Assembly (NCBI RefSeq): GCF_009914755.1
Contig: NC_060945.1
Reading direction: 5' to 3' (one strand)
Source: the human T2T-CHM13v2.0 reference genome, Homo sapiens
Length of the DNA: 64,000 bases
Shown: piece by piece, positions 62,374 through 64,000 of the stretch
How the letters are laid out: each line of letters starts with the position of its first letter
Position numbering within the stretch: the first letter of the stretch is position 1
Notes under the pieces: model-generated
The model's database searches: none
What the model was told of the DNA's origin: nothing
What the model saw: only the letters and a program-made list of their open reading frames with translations
Translations under genes and position numbers: made by a program

Positions 62374-64000
62374 TTTAACCAGTCTTAAGTGTGCAGTTAT
62401 TGGCATTAAGTGCATTCATGTTGTTGTACAACCATCACCACCATCCATCTCTAGAACATTCTCATCATCCCGAAGTGAAACTCTGTACCCAGTAAGCAAT
62501 AAGCCCTCATTCCTCTCTACCCCAGCCTCTGGCAACCACCAAACTACCTTTTTTTTTTTCTTTTTTCTGACAGGGTCTCCCTCTGTCGCCCAGGTTGGAG
62601 TACAGTGGCATGATCAAAGTTCACTGAAAGCTTGAACTCCCAGATTCGAGTGATCCAACCCACCTCAGCCTCCCTAGTAGTTGGGACTACGGGTATGTTC
62701 CACCACACCTGACTTTTCTTTTTAAAGTAGAGATGAGGTCTCACTATGTTGTCTAGCCTGGTCTTGAACTCTTGGGCTGAAGCGATCCTCCTGCCTTATC
62801 CTTCCAAGATGTTGGGATTACAGGAATGAGCCACTGAGCCTGACTATCATTCTACTTTGTTTCTATGAATTTTACTGATCTAGGTATCTCATGTAAGTGC
62901 AATCATATATAAGGGAGGAAAAATATTTTTCCTCCACCCTTCTAATTTCTTGGCTGGGGCTCTTGTACCAAAAGACAGATTAACAAGAGAAAAGCATACA
63001 CATTTACTTAACATAAGTTTTATATGACACAGAAAAAATGGACTTTTCTGGAAGTAACTTGATATAACTAGGAGCCTTTGTAAGGAAATAAAGACCTGAA
63101 GAAACAGTTAAACGTATGTCTTTGTATATTAGGTTTGTCAAAAGACTAAATTACAACAAATTAGGTTTTATATTAAGTTTATCAGAGGACTACAACCAAT
63201 TTATAGATTTAATTGGCTTTTATTCATGATTCATGAATCTGGGCACCTTTCACTCTACAAAACAGAATGAGAGTTCCCACTGGGCAATAGCAGAACCACA
63301 GGTTTTATGAGGTAGCAACAAGGAAACAGAATAGAAAAACCTGATTGGTTAACATCAAGCTACTTCAGTTACTTTTTTGTAATGGTTAAAGCAGAGGGGA
63401 CTTCCTTCTTCCACTGATTCAAGTAGACTGGAATCTCATGTTTTCAGGAAAAACTGGTCGTTTGGGGATCTGCTTCCTTAAAGTTTCAGTTTGATGACAC
63501 AGCATGTAGCATAAGAAATTCCATTTTGGTTTGGTATGATCTGTTGAAGGCTAGTGCAGGAGCTCAGCCCAAAAGAATGGCCTCTCATAATTTTTAACAG
63601 TTTGATAAAAAGTGGAGAGAAGCAGAAAATTGTGAGAGGACAAAAAGGGGTAGGAGCTAAGTGTAGTAAACTGGGAGGAACAGCAGGACCTATCATTCAG
63701 ATTCCTCTCAGCATTATCTTCAGAGAGAAGGATACTCCTTCCTCCAGGGACAGGGACGACATCTCTCACCCAAGGGCCTTGTGACCTGCATCAGAGAAGA
63801 GGGTGGGAAGGTCAGAGTGTCCTTCCTATCATTTCTGAGATTCCTTCAGCTTCAAACATTCAATAAGCTAAGGTGGCTATTTTGGAGATTATCAAGAAGC
63901 TGATCACATAAAATACTTTTCTTTGGTGACTGGTTTATTTCACTTGGCATAATGTCTTCCATGTTCATCCATGGTGTAGCATGTGTCAGAATTGCCTTTC
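62374..64000 (-). mobile_element. L1MB-like 3'UTR (minus) interrupted by an AluJ (62548-62843) and by nested LTRs
   Basis: ttgttgtacaaccatcaccaccatccatctc...ggcaaccacc; resumes at ~63909 with gtgactggtttatttcacttggcataatgtc. Confidence 0.75.
62909..63908 (-). mobile_element. ERV1 MER4-group LTR (MER31-like) with a second LTR (MER34/MER39-like, ~63136-63599) nested in it
   Basis: aaaagacagattaacaagagaaaagcatac (outer); ccattttggtttgg...ctagtgcaggagctcag...aatggcctc...tttaaca (inner); subfamily names uncertain. Confidence 0.6.

Overview
This is primate (human-like) heterochromatin-boundary or segmental-duplication DNA, not a prokaryotic locus. It is a mosaic of five blocks. (1) 1-36.2 kb is a minus-strand, 5'-truncated copy of an ANKRD36-family gene. 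The ORF track misses it because its exons are only 29-73 nt. I read 18 exons by hand; all have canonical AG/GT sites and are collinear with the ANKRD36 protein as I recall it (VSSQKQ..ALK / ATSD..SGT / VLPAVEQCLNR / ... / [15 protein letters not shown] / ...PPPGK / VSSQKQPAEK). The chain carries a premature TGA (21929-21931) and a +1 frameshift (16033-16039). Its introns are built from nested ~1.9, ~3.4, ~5.4 and ~5.7 kb duplications. (2) 36.26-41.48 kb is HSat3 (ATTCC)n, which cuts the gene inside an L1 and takes the place of the ankyrin-repeat exons. (3) 41.49-46.23 kb is 68-bp beta satellite. (4) 46.24-51.27 kb is a 5'-truncated L1PA3-like element running directly into the 3' end of a CTBP2 pseudogene. 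(5) 52.2-64 kb is an Alu-dense block of old L1 and LTR fragments holding three unassigned minus-strand exon candidates. I find no intact protein-coding gene and no demonstrable new biological system. The best speculative leads are a possible new 5' end for the truncated ANKRD36 exon chain (from the orphan exons or from G-strand HSat3 transcription) and a repeated antisense exon candidate. Family and subfamily names come from my recall of consensus sequences, not from database searches. The chromosome cannot be fixed from the sequence; acrocentric short-arm or distal-Yq12-type duplications are plausible.
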